From Raja brachyura (Eukaryota): a stretch of DNA of 64,000 nt. The stretch covers positions 15,562,001 to 15,626,000 of the forward strand of contig OY740810.1 of assembly GCA_963514005.1 (NCBI GenBank), written 5' to 3'. Under the pieces are notes generated by a model. That model was given only the letters and a program-made list of their open reading frames with translations, searched no databases and was not told where the DNA came from. Position numbers and translations under genes: made by a program. Below, in pieces: positions 1-13,503 of the stretch (positions are counted from its first letter, which is position 1; each line of letters opens with the position of its first letter).

Positions 1-2424
1 TGAAGTCGGAGCATGAGATGCTGTAGTTAGACTCATCAGGTTCCCAACAAAAATGATGCCTACCGTGTTTAAATAGGGACTTTTTCTGGTTGACTCTTTT
101 CCCTGTCCTTACTTTTTTTCTTAATTTGGTTGCTTTTGACTCCACTCCTCACTTTTCAAAGCAGGTCAACTGGTGCTTCCATTGTTATGCTGCTCAGACA
201 AAAATTGGCATTACTGTAGTGCTTTCAACATGGTAAATCATACATACAGGTAATCAAACAAAATCTGTTAATGTGCCACTTAACGAGGATTTAGTGTAAA
301 ATTGGTCAAAGATGTGGATTTTAATGTGAAACTTTGAGGGTGAGTTTATGGAGGGTACCAGAGCCTCAGCAGCTGAAAGCATGGCCACTAATTAAGGAAT
401 AATTAAAATCAGTTGGACTGAAGAGGCCACAATAAGAAGGTTGCCACAATTTCAACACTGCAACAGGAGAGTTGTGACTGAGCAGCAGCTAAGGCATTTG
501 AAACAAAAAAACAAGAATCACATTTTTAAAATTATATTTCATCAGAAATGAACAAAATTTTCCTGGAACGTATGTTTTTTTGCTCCCCATATATTGTTCT
601 GACTACATTTTCTGTTTTTTACCATAATATTGCCGTTGAGAAGTGGCTTGTTCAAAAATATTATAGCAGAAGATAGATATTGCTGGAATTTCATCTGAAC
701 GTGATTTAAGTTTTTAAAAAAAGACACATAATCTATTGCATTTTCTTTATTAATATTACATTTTGAGTGAAAGTGAGAATTGTGCTTTTATAATGCACTA
801 TTCTGTAGCGTTGAGACGTTATATTTAAGGGAGGTTTCAGTAACTTGAATTAAAAACAAAAAAAATTTGCAATGCACAACAGGTCAGGCAGCATCAATGG
901 AAAGAGAAGTTGTTTCTCCTTCCACAGATGCTGCTCGATTTGTTGGATGTTTCCACTATCTTCTGATTTTATTTCAGATTTACAGCAACTGCATATTTAC
1001 AGTAAATATTGATCTTGCTACAAACTTTTTATTGTTCTTCGGGTGTGGATCATATCAACAAGGCCATATTTGTTGACAATCACAAAACTGTAGAAGCTGG
1101 AAATCTAAAACAAAAACCAGGCTGGATTCTTTCAGCAGGCCAAGGAACATCTGTGGAAAGACAGCCCTATTTAATGTTTCAATCAAAAACCATGATCAGA
1201 ATTGAAAAAGAAGAAAAATTAATTTGGTTTCAAGTTGAAGAGAATGAGGGATGGATAGGACAGAGGCAAGGACATGATTGTCATGGGGATAAGTTATAGA
1301 TTGTCTGATCAATAAGTTAATGGGAACTGTTATAGAGAAAGTAAAAAAGATGAACAAAAACTGAGTTGAGGGCAGTTTAAGAGAGAGAACACAATAAAAG
1401 AAAGTGAGATTCTCTCTACCTGTGATTTTAATTCTCCACCGCACTCCCATTCCAACCTATTTGTGCCCTCTTGCATTATTATAACAATGCCCATTAAGCC
1501 TGAAATACAGCACCTCATCTGTCTGGAAACATTCCTGTTTTTTTTTGGGAATTTATAACTTCAGACCTGTATCAGAACTGGTCATTTCTGCAATATATCA
1601 CCCAACCATGTTTTTTGCTCAGTTATTCTCATCCCATTAGCACACCCTAAAATGCTGGGCCTGTCCTATATCATTGCATGTTGCACCTTTTCTTGATTAG
1701 TGAGGGTGTCGGGGGTAATGGGCAGAAGGCAGGAGAATGGGGTTGAAAGGGAAAGATTGATCAGCTGTGATTGAATGGTGGAGTAAACTTGTTAGGCCAA
1801 ATGGCCCAACTCTGCTCCTAAAACTTATGAACCTTTTCACATTCCTCATTATGTAACTGTCCTTAACTCATAGTTTTAGTTCTCTACCCAACTACTCCCA
1901 TTAACCCAACAACCTGATTACCTCTGCAATTTATCGCCATGGCACCCTTACTGAAAGAATATTGATGAAAACATTGTGTGAAATTATACTGAATGTAAGA
2001 TCCCAAATGAGGAGACCTGTTGCAGTCACATTCATGAATGAGTGTTCTTTTTTATCAGCTAATCTATTGTTCAGAGTAATAAGAGCTCACAATGTCCTGA
2101 ACGACGGACATTCTGAGAACTGGTAATTTGGATTATGTGGGGGAAGAGGTGAATCAAGTCATCGAGCCAGTACATTGATGTTTTAAACAGAAACCTTTCC
2201 TTCTGATAATGTAGTAACAACCATACTTCTACTGTGGGTTCCATTGTGTACTATATTCCGTTATAGGCTGCCAGTAAAAAGTAGTTGCAGTATAGAAGCA
2301 GCCATTCAGCCTAATGTAGCTGAGTCTGTATTTACTTCATTGTGCTGGTTGAGTAAATTGACTCTCCCACAGAGTTCATATGCCTTACTTTGTTTTACTC
2401 CGTCCATCCACAGATATTTCTGCC

Positions 2425-2711
2425 ATGACTGACGAGGTGTACAGGACACGAAGCCAGAAGAGAGCAATGGAACGAGATGGTCTACCTAATGATGTTGACA
2501 TGAAGAAACCAAAGATGGAATGTTCTCAGGGAACTGATATGGACAGTGAACTGGAAGAATTGAAAGGAGAGATAAGAATTAAAACAGAGCCTGTTGACCG
2601 GGGTGGTGGAAGGACTGCAGGGTTACTAAAGGGGCCAGGCGAAGTAAAAGCAACTATCAAAGTAGAAGTACCAACTGGGGATGAACCTGTTGACATGAGT
2701 ACGTCAAAGAT
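2425..2711 (+). CDS. GATAD2A: GATAD2A (p66-alpha) coding exon 1: start codon, N-terminus
   Basis: Acceptor cag at 2411-2413 and gccATG at 2425. Translates MTDEVYRTRSQKRAMERD...EVKATIKVEVPTGDEPVDMSTSK, matching the p66 N-terminus (RTRSQKRALE, EPVDM). Donor gtaagt at 2712, phase 2. Confidence 0.93.
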
Positions 2712-3150
2712 GTAAGTATGCGACAGGGAACTAGCACATTGTTTTAAACAAAATGCTTGATTATCTGTAGCACCTATTGGCTGGTGTAGGCAATCCCATG
2801 TCATGCAAGGGTCACGTTACGAAGAACCACAATGTGTAAGCTGATTTCTCAACGTCATAAATGTCTGTTTTCTACAGTATTGCTCTGTTATGCTTTGGAG
2901 AATCAAAGAACTGCAGATGCTGTAACCTTGAGCAAAACTCAAAGTGCTGGAGGACCTCAGCGGGTCAGGCAACATCTGTGGATGGAATGAACAGATTATC
3001 TTTTGGGTCAGGACCCTTCCTCAGAGTGACCCGCTGAGTCCGTCCAACATTTGTGTTTTGTTGTTATTCTTAAATTTATTGAATAACCACCCATATTTGC
3101 AGTTATTAAAACTAACTGATTCAGTCATTCATGAATAACATGAAACATTT

Positions 3151-3459
3151 CGGTGGCACGGAGGTGCAGCGGTAGAGTTGCTGCGTTACAGCGAATGCAA
3201 AGCCAGAGACCAGGTTCGATCCTGACTATGGGTGTTGTCTATATGGAGTTTGTACGTTCTCCCCGTGACCTGCGTGGATTTTCGTCAAGATCTTTGATTT
3301 CCTCCCACACTCCAACGGCATACAGGTATGTAGGTTAATTGGCTTGGTAACTGTAAAAATTGTCCCTAGTGTGTGTAGGATTGTGTTGATATGTGGGAAT
3401 CGCTGGTCAGCGTGGGCCAAAGGGCCTGTTTCTGCGCTGTATCTCTAAACTAAAACTAA
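3151..3459 (+). mobile_element. tRNA-derived SINE (HE1/V-SINE-like)
   Basis: A-box-like ggtgcagcggtagag, B-box ggttcgatcc, central gtttgtacgttctccccgtgacctgcgtgg, LINE-like tail gggcctgtttctgcgctgtatctctaaactaaa. Confidence 0.85.
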
Positions 3460-6400
3460 CATTTTATTATTCTCATTACTCGCTTGAAAAGTGCTTTAAA
3501 AATGTAGGGGGGAATTTGCATAAAGTCGTATTTCCATAAATGAAGACATGCATAACCTGGGCAGCCACTGTACTTGTGAAGTGTAATATTGGAAATGCAG
3601 ATCTCAGGGTTTCGTATATCGTAATAACCAGGTAGGGTTTTTTATTTGTTAGCTGACGGTACCAAACAACCAGTATCTGCTCCAGCTCTGTCTCTTGTGT
3701 CTGCTGCTTGAAACAATGGATGTGGCTTTGGAGAGTATTGGGGTGAAGGATATGAGAGCTGAGTGAGGCTCTGAGCTCTTCATAAACTCTTAGAAATTTA
3801 CAGCATAGAAAAGTTGCATTTCAGCTTTTAATAGCATGCCATCAATAATGTTATGGAGATTATGAGCCAAGTATATTTTTGTATAGAAATGCAAATTTCC
3901 TAGTAGAACTGCTGTAAGACACTGAATAAAACCATCCAATGTTTTGGAATATATCAGAGCAACTTATGCAATATCGACTACATCTTCAGTGCTGCGTTTA
4001 GGCCTGATTGCCGAAAGTTGTTAAAGTAACAAAATAGGCTTTTAACAGCAGGTTATTATGCAGGATGGAAATGGGAAAAGGACGTTGGAAAATGTCACTG
4101 TATTGCATAGTATGTACAGTACAAGCCAAAGCTAATTAGCAAATGTAAATTGAAAAGTAGCGGGATGCTTCATGCAAGGATAAATTGGTGCATGGGTCAA
4201 ACTTCAACTGTAAAAGTAAAAATGTGAAATGATTTAAGAAATAGCCTTAGGAAGTTATTTGAGAACGATGCTGGAATATAACCCCTCTGTAAAGGGAAAT
4301 AGATCTCTTCTATTTGACCGAATTCAATTTAAACATCTGAATTAAAATGTCTATTCTAAATAAAAACCTTAGTTTATTCGATCTTTTTCATCTTCCAGCA
4401 TCATCCCTGTAAATCAGGTATCAACTCACTTCAGTGCTGTGCAAGTGCATCTCGCTTTAATGTGATATAAAATGATATACAGTCATCTGTGCTCCACCAG
4501 TGTGTGTGGTTCTGCCATATACTTTTGTTCCTTACTGCTGCTTGTAAACGCAAGCACCCTATATGCCATTGACCTGTCCTGGTGCCTTTAAGGACCTGTA
4601 ACACTCCGCCCTCTCCCCCTCTGCCTCCCTCCCTCCCTCCTTGGCTTCTTTCCCCTCCCCTCCACCCCTCCATTCGATTTCCCCTCACCCCTCCCTCGCA
4701 TCCCCTCCCTCTGCTCCCCACCAGTCTCCTCCCGCCTGGGCTCCCCTCGCCCTCGGCTCCATTCCTTCCTTCCCCCTCCTGCTCCTCTCCCCCTCCATTG
4801 ACTCTTTCCCCTTCCCCTCCCTTCCGGTCTCCTCGGCCCGCCTTCACTTCCCTGCCCCACTCAGCCCCTGTCTCCTCTCACTCGGCTGCCCTCCCCTCCC
4901 TCGCACTCAGCACCTCTCTCCTCCCCTCCCATCCCCCTCTGCTTCCCTCCCCGGTCCTTGCTCCGACCCTCCTGCTCTTCCTTCAAACGCGGCTGTTCTT
5001 GCTGGAAATAGGATAATTACGGGTCCCATAAATTGGATATTTCAGTGAGGCTAAATATTTATATCAAATATAATCAAAGCTGTATTTTATCATATTGAGA
5101 TGGAGTTGATAAAGTTTTTCTTAGAGTCTTAGAGGGGTGAACATCTGGATGAAGATTTATTTTAAGCAAAATGATGCTAAGTATTCTCTGAGCATTTACC
5201 CAAGATTGAATAAAAATCATAGAATCCATTTTGCCCCCTTCACGAATGGTATGTTTCCAACATCAATTATAAAACTTGCTATACCATGAGTGAATTCTCC
5301 CATCCCCCAGCCCCTATATTTCAGGTCTCAGTTCCCCGGGTTGCTCTATTGTTTAATGACAGCAATGAGCTGTCAATCTGCATTAATTTCAACATGATGT
5401 GAACATTTATCTGTAGATTCTCTGAATGCTGAAGTTCGGTTATTGTGAGGGAATTTGTAAGTGAGGCTCATGATCCCAGCTAGGAAAATATTTCAAATAT
5501 AAGTATTTGTGGGTGAGTTGCATTAAATGTGCTCGGATGGATTTCCCGAGCACATTGTGGATCTCACTTAAAATGAATGAAACTTGATGGATCTGTAGGT
5601 CTGTATTGTATTGTACCCGCCTCCTCACATTGTGCTTCTCCCCCTCCCCCAGAAGCCTGAGAGAGACTTTCTTTGAATAGTTCACAATGCAAGCATATTT
5701 TAATACCATTAGAGTAGATTTTCTATCTGAAATGAAGTACTTGACAAGATATTGGTGCAAGAGAGAGATCTGTATATGCTTAGATTCCACCCCCATTACA
5801 TTGATTTAACAACTTTGACTGCCAACGTGGCAATGACACAAAGGCTTGGAATGGCCAGTGGGATCCAACAGCTCTCACACTGAGTCACCAAACAAAGCAG
5901 CGCTGGTGGGGCTGGCTCCCTCTTTATCCAGGCTTGAATCCCGGGTACAGCCCATGAATGACCAGACATATCACTGATCCTAATTCCAGTTCTGCAACTG
6001 AGTTGCTTGTGCACAGAGCGGCTGCAGAAAAGGTCCTCGGCACCAAGCTGTTTTTAAAAAAAGTTTGAATCTCTGTCCAGCTCCATGTTCTGTGTGTTTT
6101 GTTGTGGGCACTAGTTGTTGCCATGTAAACTGTGCACAACCCTGGGTGTGATTGCAGCTTGGCCCTAACCTCTCTGGAATAGGTGCATGTTAGAGCATCA
6201 ATATTGGCGCAACATTTAAATGGTGGCAACATTAAGAGACCAAACTCCTTGTTATCTGGGGTCATGTTGTGCTAATTTAATTAAGTTTTATTATGTATTA
6301 ATATGCAGATGTCATTCCCCCATTTCCCAAAAAGCGATTATACTTTTAATTAAATAATTTTAAATTAGATAATACCTTTAAGTAATGCTGGAAATCTGAA

Positions 6401-8865
6401 ATAAAATCCGAAAATGCTGGAAACACTCAGTAGGTCAGGCAACTTTTCTGAAAAGAGAAATGCCTCGGGTTCAGAAACTTTCACCAGGCAAAGTGTCGCC
6501 TGACAAGCTGAGTGTTTCCAGCATTTTCTGCATTTGGCATTTTATCAATTAAACAGATGACAAAAAAAACTTTCCACAAGGAAACCATGGAAGGACTTTT
6601 CTCATCACATGTTTTGGGGAGTGCCAACCATCAGCTCATTTATTGGGTTACCTGAAGACTATAGGAAGCCAGCTGCAAGGTTTCTGCACAAATAAGTAGC
6701 AGAGAGCTGCTGTCATCCAAGTGGGGATATTGTCAACTCCTGAGAGTTTATTTGTTGTTGGTATGTGGCAATTTTGCCAACTTGACAGTCGGTTGTGGCA
6801 GCAAGGCTGCGCAAATACATGGCCATGGGATGGAGTCAAGGGCACTCGCATCAAGGACAGAGTCACGACTGAGGAAGTTGTCTTTCCAGTAGACAAAAGT
6901 CCTCTTCCAACCTGCTCAAACTGCACCCCATTGCTGCAACAATGATGCTTTATGATGAGATCTTGAAAATGTGTCACTTTGGCAAAGGCAGACATTGATG
7001 ATGAAATTCACCACTGCCTTTGATGCACCAACCTATCCTTTGGTCAACTGAAGAAATGGGTTTATGAAGGTTCAACTCTAGCGAAATAATCTGTGGTCTC
7101 CTGTACTTGTTGGAGAGCTGGACTGCCTTTAGTGGGTAACTCAAGGAACTGGAAAGGTACCACTGTGCCAAAATCATCCAGAGGATAAGCAAATAAGATC
7201 AGCATCCACTCCAAGGCCAGCACTGGCAACAGTGTTCTCTGTTAAACTCAGTCAGTATGAGTCACGAGGCCATGTAATTTGCCTAACACATTGAAATTGA
7301 TGCTCTACTCCAAGCTTCTTCACAGGAAGGGAATATAGATACTGAGGAAAATATTCAAAGGTGTACGCGACCTCCTCGAAGAAATGTAACATCTCCAAAG
7401 ATTAATAGGAATCTTTGGTCTACAATTGGTTAAAATGGGGAAGGAACATTCAGCGTCATAAGCAGTGAAGGATCACAATACCTTGCCAATTAACCACCTG
7501 CTTGCCCCATCGGGCACAAACCTTTCCTATCCCCATGGAAGACCCAGTAACTCCCACATTTACCTAATCATTTACCTCAGAACCCACAAAACTAGCGGGA
7601 GCAAGTCATCGTCAACGTTGAGGATTACCTCAATCCAGGTGAAGGGAACTGTGTGCCGAATCAGAACTAGAATGATCACATTAGGAACAACATTTCACCG
7701 GCATTGAATGAAACGAGAAGAGAAACTTTTCCTTCTGATTTTTTTTTGTTGCTTTGATTACCACACATTTTACAACCAGTGAAGTATGTTTGAGGCATAG
7801 TCTTTGGTGTAATGTAGGAAATGTTACAGACAATTTGCAGGCAGCAAACATAGTAATGACAAATTAATCTTTTTTTCTGAAGACATAAGAAACTGCAGAT
7901 GCAGGAATTTTGAGCAAAAAACAAACAAACTGAGGAACTCTGCAGGGTCGGCAGAGAAAGGTCTCCACCAAAACTTAGTCTGTCTGTTTCCTACTACAGA
8001 TGCTGTCTGACCTGATAAATTTCCCCAGCAATTTATTTTTAGGCACTGTTTAGTGATGTTGACTAAAGGATCTAAGATTTAATTCCACTGCTGCTCTTCT
8101 GAATAATTATTTTTTTACATCTACCGAAGTGAGCAGTCATTGTTTCAATTTAATGTCTAGTTTAAAAGTTGGCAACTGCAACAGTGCAGCTGTTCCGTCA
8201 GGTCAGTTTGATTAGTAATGGTGTCGGGCGTTACGGAGAGAAGGCTGGACAATGGGGTTAAGAGGGGAAGATAGGTCAGCTGTGATTAAATGGCGGAATG
8301 GATTTGATGGGCCAAATGGTCAAGTACTGCTCCTATCACTTTTGAAATGTCTGTGCAACTCTTTAAGCTAAGTTCTCCAGCTGATGCATAAACAACTTTG
8401 TGGCCCAGGTGAGAATGTTGTTGCCTCTGTCAATACTGACATTCAAGCCGTTTATGTGCATTAATGGCTATCCATTCCACTTAAAAAGCAGCAGCAACAG
8501 GCAGCTTATGCAGTGCAAGAGTTATTCCAGACTCATTCAGAACAGCAATTTGCTACTCAGGGTAAAAGGGAAATATTCTTGTAGAACTAAAAGTGAGCAG
8601 GTAGTTGGAGGGGAGATCCTGTGAAATCCCCCTGTGAATTGATGTTCTGAACATTTCACGTTTCCCACTCTTCTCCCTAATCACCTCTCTTCCCCTGCAT
8701 TCCACTGACCAAGATCCAGAGAAAGATATTTATGCAGTGACTGTTTATCCTTCTGCTATCGATGGAAAATTTCATATTATATCCAAGAAAGAGAAACTTA
8801 TTAACATGCCTGAAAATAGTAATTTGAACACACAAGAGGCAGAACATGCTGAAATCTTGAGTTAA

Positions 8866-9337
8866 GGGCCTGTCCCACTAGCGCGCGATTAGACGCGACA
8901 AGCGTGACAAATTCGGACGCGGGGGTCGCGTGGGAGTCAGGCGATCCCGGTGCGAGTGAACGGCCTGTCCCACTAGCGTGCGATTACACGCGCGACGTCC
9001 GAAGGAAGGACGTTATTTTTCATCACGTGACGATGCGCATGAGCATGCGCGTTGCACGACGTCGGGCAGTGACGTCATCACGCAACGCCACGCTGAAGAC
9101 GCACAACGTCAAAACGTCATCACGTTAATCACGTTCTGCGCGACAGGATTTTGCCGCGCGTAATTTTTTGAGCAGTGTCGGTTTTTGGACACTACGCGCG
9201 ATGTCGACACCAGCTACACACAACTCGACGAGACTCCGGCGATCGCAGTGGGACAGGGTCACGCGAGGCCGGGCGACTAAAGCGACCACGGTAGGTCGCG
9301 CTTGTCGCGTCTAATCGCGCGCTAGTGGGACAGGCCC
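8866..9337. mobile_element. Non-autonomous DNA transposon (MITE) with 39-bp perfect TIRs and TTAA flanks
   Basis: gggcctgtcccactagcgcgcgattagacgcgacaagcg at 8866 and its exact reverse complement ending at 9337; TTAA at 8862-8865 and 9338-9341; interrupts an older repeat; CpG-rich. Confidence 0.9.
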
Positions 9338-11282
9338 TTAAAGCAAAAAGTGCTGGAAGGACTCGACAGGTTCGGTATCATCTGGAGGGTAATGGGCAAC
9401 AAGGTTTTGGGTCAGGACCCTTCACTCTGCAGAAGGGTCCCAACCTAATACATTGTCTGTCCACTTACCTCCACAGAAGTCTGACCCACTGACTTCTTCC
9501 AGTAGTTAATTTTTTAACTAATTAATTTATTGGATTTTGGCGTTACTAGCTAGGTTACTCCCTGGGTACTGAGAACTGTTGGGTAAAGATATTTTTTAAT
9601 TGTTGGTGCTTCAACAATGTTGGTGAGTAGACTGGCAATAAATTTCCCCATCATGTGAAGCTTGGAGGGCAGCTTGAAAATGTAGGACTTCCCATGCACG
9701 TACTGCCTTTGCCCCGTCAGGTGGGAGAGAATATGGATTTGGCTAGTGTTGTACTTTCCCGCTCTGATTTATTAGGTATACTTCAGCCACAGTGTTTTAG
9801 AAGTTGACAGAATAAGTATTCACAGTAGCAGGAGTTGACTAAGCACATGTAGATTGGTTGGTTCTGGGATACCGCCCTGGGGGACTCGTACAAAAATGTC
9901 CCGGGCATGAGGTAGACATCCAGTGACCACAAATATCTTCTTATACGGGGTGCAGCACTAACCAGTCGTGCCATCTGTGATTTCATTTGACTTCAGTATT
10001 GTGGCTTCTTACTGCAACACTTGGTTAAAGCAATCACTCTTGAATTGCATCTGCAACTTGGTTGTTTTGTTCCTGTTTGGATCTGCAGACAGACCCTTAG
10101 GCAAGGTGAGCATGCAAAGCAGCAACTTAACACTGATGAGCAGGTTCATGCTGAGTGCTGCTTGCATTGACTGGATGCATTAAAATCTGCACCAGGGTGA
10201 ACTCATTGGAAGCTCTGAGAATTGGCACATAAATAGCAGGATGATTGAGCTCTAAAAGAACAGTTTGGTGCTAGTGATAGTTTAATAAGTAAAATTGACA
10301 AACTGTAAGCCCATGGATTGTCTTTCTGCTGACTGGATAGCATGTAACAAAAGCTTTTCACTGTACCTCGGTACTAATGACAATAAACTAAACAGCACAC
10401 TGTACATTTGCAATAGTGTTTGATAATTCCTTGTAAAAACGTGTTCTCAGCATAGTTCCTAAATGTATGATGATTACGTGAAATCATATAGAACGGGAGA
10501 AGACACTCCGACCTGCAGTAGTCCCACTTACTCCTTTCCTGCACAATGTTTCTCCTCCATATTTATAGATTCTCTTAAAAGCCCCAAATATGTGATTTAA
10601 ACATTCTCCTCCCTTCTCCCACCCCCAGTTTGTTTTTACCGAAGATGTATCTTTTAATCTCCCTCTTTAAAAACGTCATTCCCCTTTTATAATATTCATT
10701 TTAAGGTAAGAAAGTACATTCACAAATGAGTTAATTGTCTGGCTCACCTTGCACAATTGAGTTTCCAAGTGTCTGGATTCACTAATTTTGGCATCATATG
10801 CTGATAAACTTATTTCAGCACAAACACTTCCAAGGCTATTTGGATTTGAATAATTGTCCAGTTCCAAAGTGAGTAATCTCTCACGTTATCTGTACAAATC
10901 CCATAGGCTCTTTGCCTTTGAATTGCGTAACCTGATTACTCCATTCAAATAAACAGTCCACCAACCCTGGCAGCATTGTTATTGGGCTTTGCTAGAACAT
11001 AAAGCCCACTTACACCCCCTGTGAATTGCTGTGACATTGAAGAAAATTACACCAGGGTTCATACATAAACAGTGTAAGGCACTTGTGAGAAAGGGAAGAT
11101 GGAGCGACATGAAACTGTATAAGAGGAAAGTCCTGCAAAGGTGAGAAACATTTTGTGCAGGGTAATCAATGGTTTGGATTTTATTTATTTATTCCTCCTG
11201 TACTGTATCCATGCTGCCGTGTAGGAACATGTGGGAAGCCACAAATAACATCAGAGATTTATTTCCATTATTTCCATTATTA

Positions 11283-13503
11283 CAGGGCTGTCACGTAACT
11301 TTTTTCTCTGTTTCCAGCCGGGCAACGTACGCAGTTTTTTAGGTTACCAAATGACAGTTTAGGTGGTGATTTAAGACGGCTTGCGATAATGTGCTCGGAC
11401 GAAGTGCGTAATTACCAGTCGGAATTATGTTCAATGAAGCATTCACATATTATTTCTGCTTCAAATAAAGTCACAAACTAAACATTCACCAATCAAGACA
11501 TGATATATACCACAATGACATGCAGCAAAATTATAATACAGTACATCTTTTTACAAATTGTAATGAATGCAATTTCTATTATTTCTTCCACTTCCAAACA
11601 AAAATGTGGTTGGCCTATGATCAACCTTGTTGAGACCAAGCGCAGGCTTGGCTTCGCATAACACCTCCACTCAGTTTGCAATAACCAACCGGATCTCCCG
11701 GTGGCTCAGCACTTCAACTCCCCCTCCCATTCCGAATCCGACCTTTCTGTCCTGGGCCAACCCCATGGCCAGAGTGAGGCCCACCACAAATTGGAGGAGC
11801 AGCACCTCATATTTCGCTTGGTTAGTTTACACCCCAGCAGTATGAACATTGGCTTCTCCAATTTCAGGTAGTTCTTGCTTTCTCCCTCCTTCCCCTCCCA
11901 TTCCCAGCTCTCCCACAGCCTCCTGTCTCTGCCTCTTCCTTTCTTTACCCCCCCACCCCCCACTGACATCAGTCTGAAGAAGGGTGTCGACCCGAAACGT
12001 CGCCTATTCCTTCTCTCCATAGATGCTGCCTCACCCGCTGATTTTCTCCAGCTTTTTTGTCTACCACCCATTCGCACAAGTTCTGTTATCCCACTTTCCT
12101 CACCGACGCCTTACACATTAGGGGCAATTTTACAGCGACAAGTTAACCTACAAAGCCAATGCGTTTGATTGTGGAAGGAAACCCACACGCTTGCAGGGAG
12201 ATTGTGCAAATTCTATCTTCAGTTTAAACCAGCATCTGCAGTTCCTTCCTGCACACACAATACTATACAATGGAACTTTATTAATCCCAGGAGGGAAATT
12301 GTGTGTGTGTGGGGGTATATATAATATTTATATATATATATCTCACACACGCACACACTTATATATTCATATATAAATATACTTGTTTATAACATTGTTT
12401 ACAGAGTACTATGTTTACATATTCTATTGTGGAAGTAAAGATTTCATTGTTCTAACTTGGAGTGAGAGAATAAAACACTCTTGACTTATGTCGCTATTGT
12501 GTGGGATAGAACTAGTGTACGGGTGATCGGTGGACTTAGTGGGCCGAAGGGCCTGTTTCCACGCTGTATCTTTAAATTAAACTAAAAACATAAAACCAGA
12601 GGGAGTCTAAAGAAGGGTCTCTACCCGAAACGTCACCCAATTTATTCTATCCAGAGATGCTGACTGCTCCATGGAGTTCCCCCTGCACAATTAAAGCATT
12701 GAGTAGTCTTCACCCTACCATAGTTACCCAACCAGACGCAACTAAATTTAAGGTAGTTCTTTTTTCCCCAATAACCCTGTTTTTCGTAAGCCCAAGCCAA
12801 GAGAGTTTTATTGTCATGTGTCCCAGATAGGACAATGAAATTCTTACTTGCTGCAACACAACAGAATATGTAAACATAATACAGAACAGGAGATAAAGGT
12901 TCAGTGTGTCTATACACCATAGACCATATATATACACAATAAATAAACAGATAAAGTGCAAAAGGCTGTTATTGTTCAGAGTTTGGAGTGTGGTGGTGGA
13001 TCCTCCACCAGTTTAAATTCCATTTTGAATATTTTTGTAGGGCCAGGGAACAAAGAAGCAAGAGTTACTCCAAGGAGTTACTCCAGCTCCAGGGAGCGAT
13101 TCTACGTTGGGTTTCAGCGGACAGCAATGGCGGCCAGATCTCCCACAATGCAAAGGGAGGGAGAACGTGCCCGGCGCCGACCAGTTGCCGTGGTTGCGCG
13201 CATGTGCAGGGCGGCCAATTATGTGCTGGCCGTGGTTGCGCGCATGTGCAGGGGGAGGATGTGCAAGGCGGTCGGCCGTGCTGTCGGATGAGGAGCGTCC
13301 AGACAGCGGAGACCCGGACACGGATGGCAGGCGAAGACGGAGAGTGACAGAGAGAGAGAGATAGAGAAGGGGGGCCTGCTCAGAGCTGAACGGCAGGTGT
13401 CCCGGGTGCTTGCCAAGCCGGGCAAAATGGCACGGCTTTTAGGTTGCCCGGCAGGACTTTAGATGGCCATTGGCACCCACGCAACCATTAATTTCGAGTC
13501 CTG
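11283..13503. mobile_element. Probable non-autonomous hAT-like element carrying nested retroelement insertions
   Basis: Ends CAGGGCT... and ...AGTCCTG; imperfect 8-bp flanks cattatta/tattataa; subterminal motifs gccgggcaa and ttttaggtt at both ends. Confidence 0.45.
11630..12062 (+). mobile_element. Penelope-like element 3' end (GIY-YIG tail plus pLTR with hammerhead-like motif)
   Basis: gagaccaagcgcaggcttgg...ggtggctcagcacttcaactccccctcccattcc resembles 40057-40170, and is followed by ctgaagaagggtgtcgacccgaaacgtc at 11974-12001. Confidence 0.8.

Noticed and set aside
3151-3230. tRNA gene
   Set aside because: A and B boxes belong to a SINE head followed by SINE body and tail; no full cloverleaf.
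4431-5048. Pro/Ser/Leu-rich and Gly/Arg/Glu-rich ORFs (also 18765-19291, 41297-42057, 44084-44311)
   Set aside because: Artefacts of low-complexity C/T-rich tracts that lack stop codons; no splice or homology support.
6995-7055. Possible C/D box snoRNA (ATGATGA...CTGA)
   Set aside because: No convincing terminal stem or recognisable rRNA antisense element; such box pairs arise by chance.
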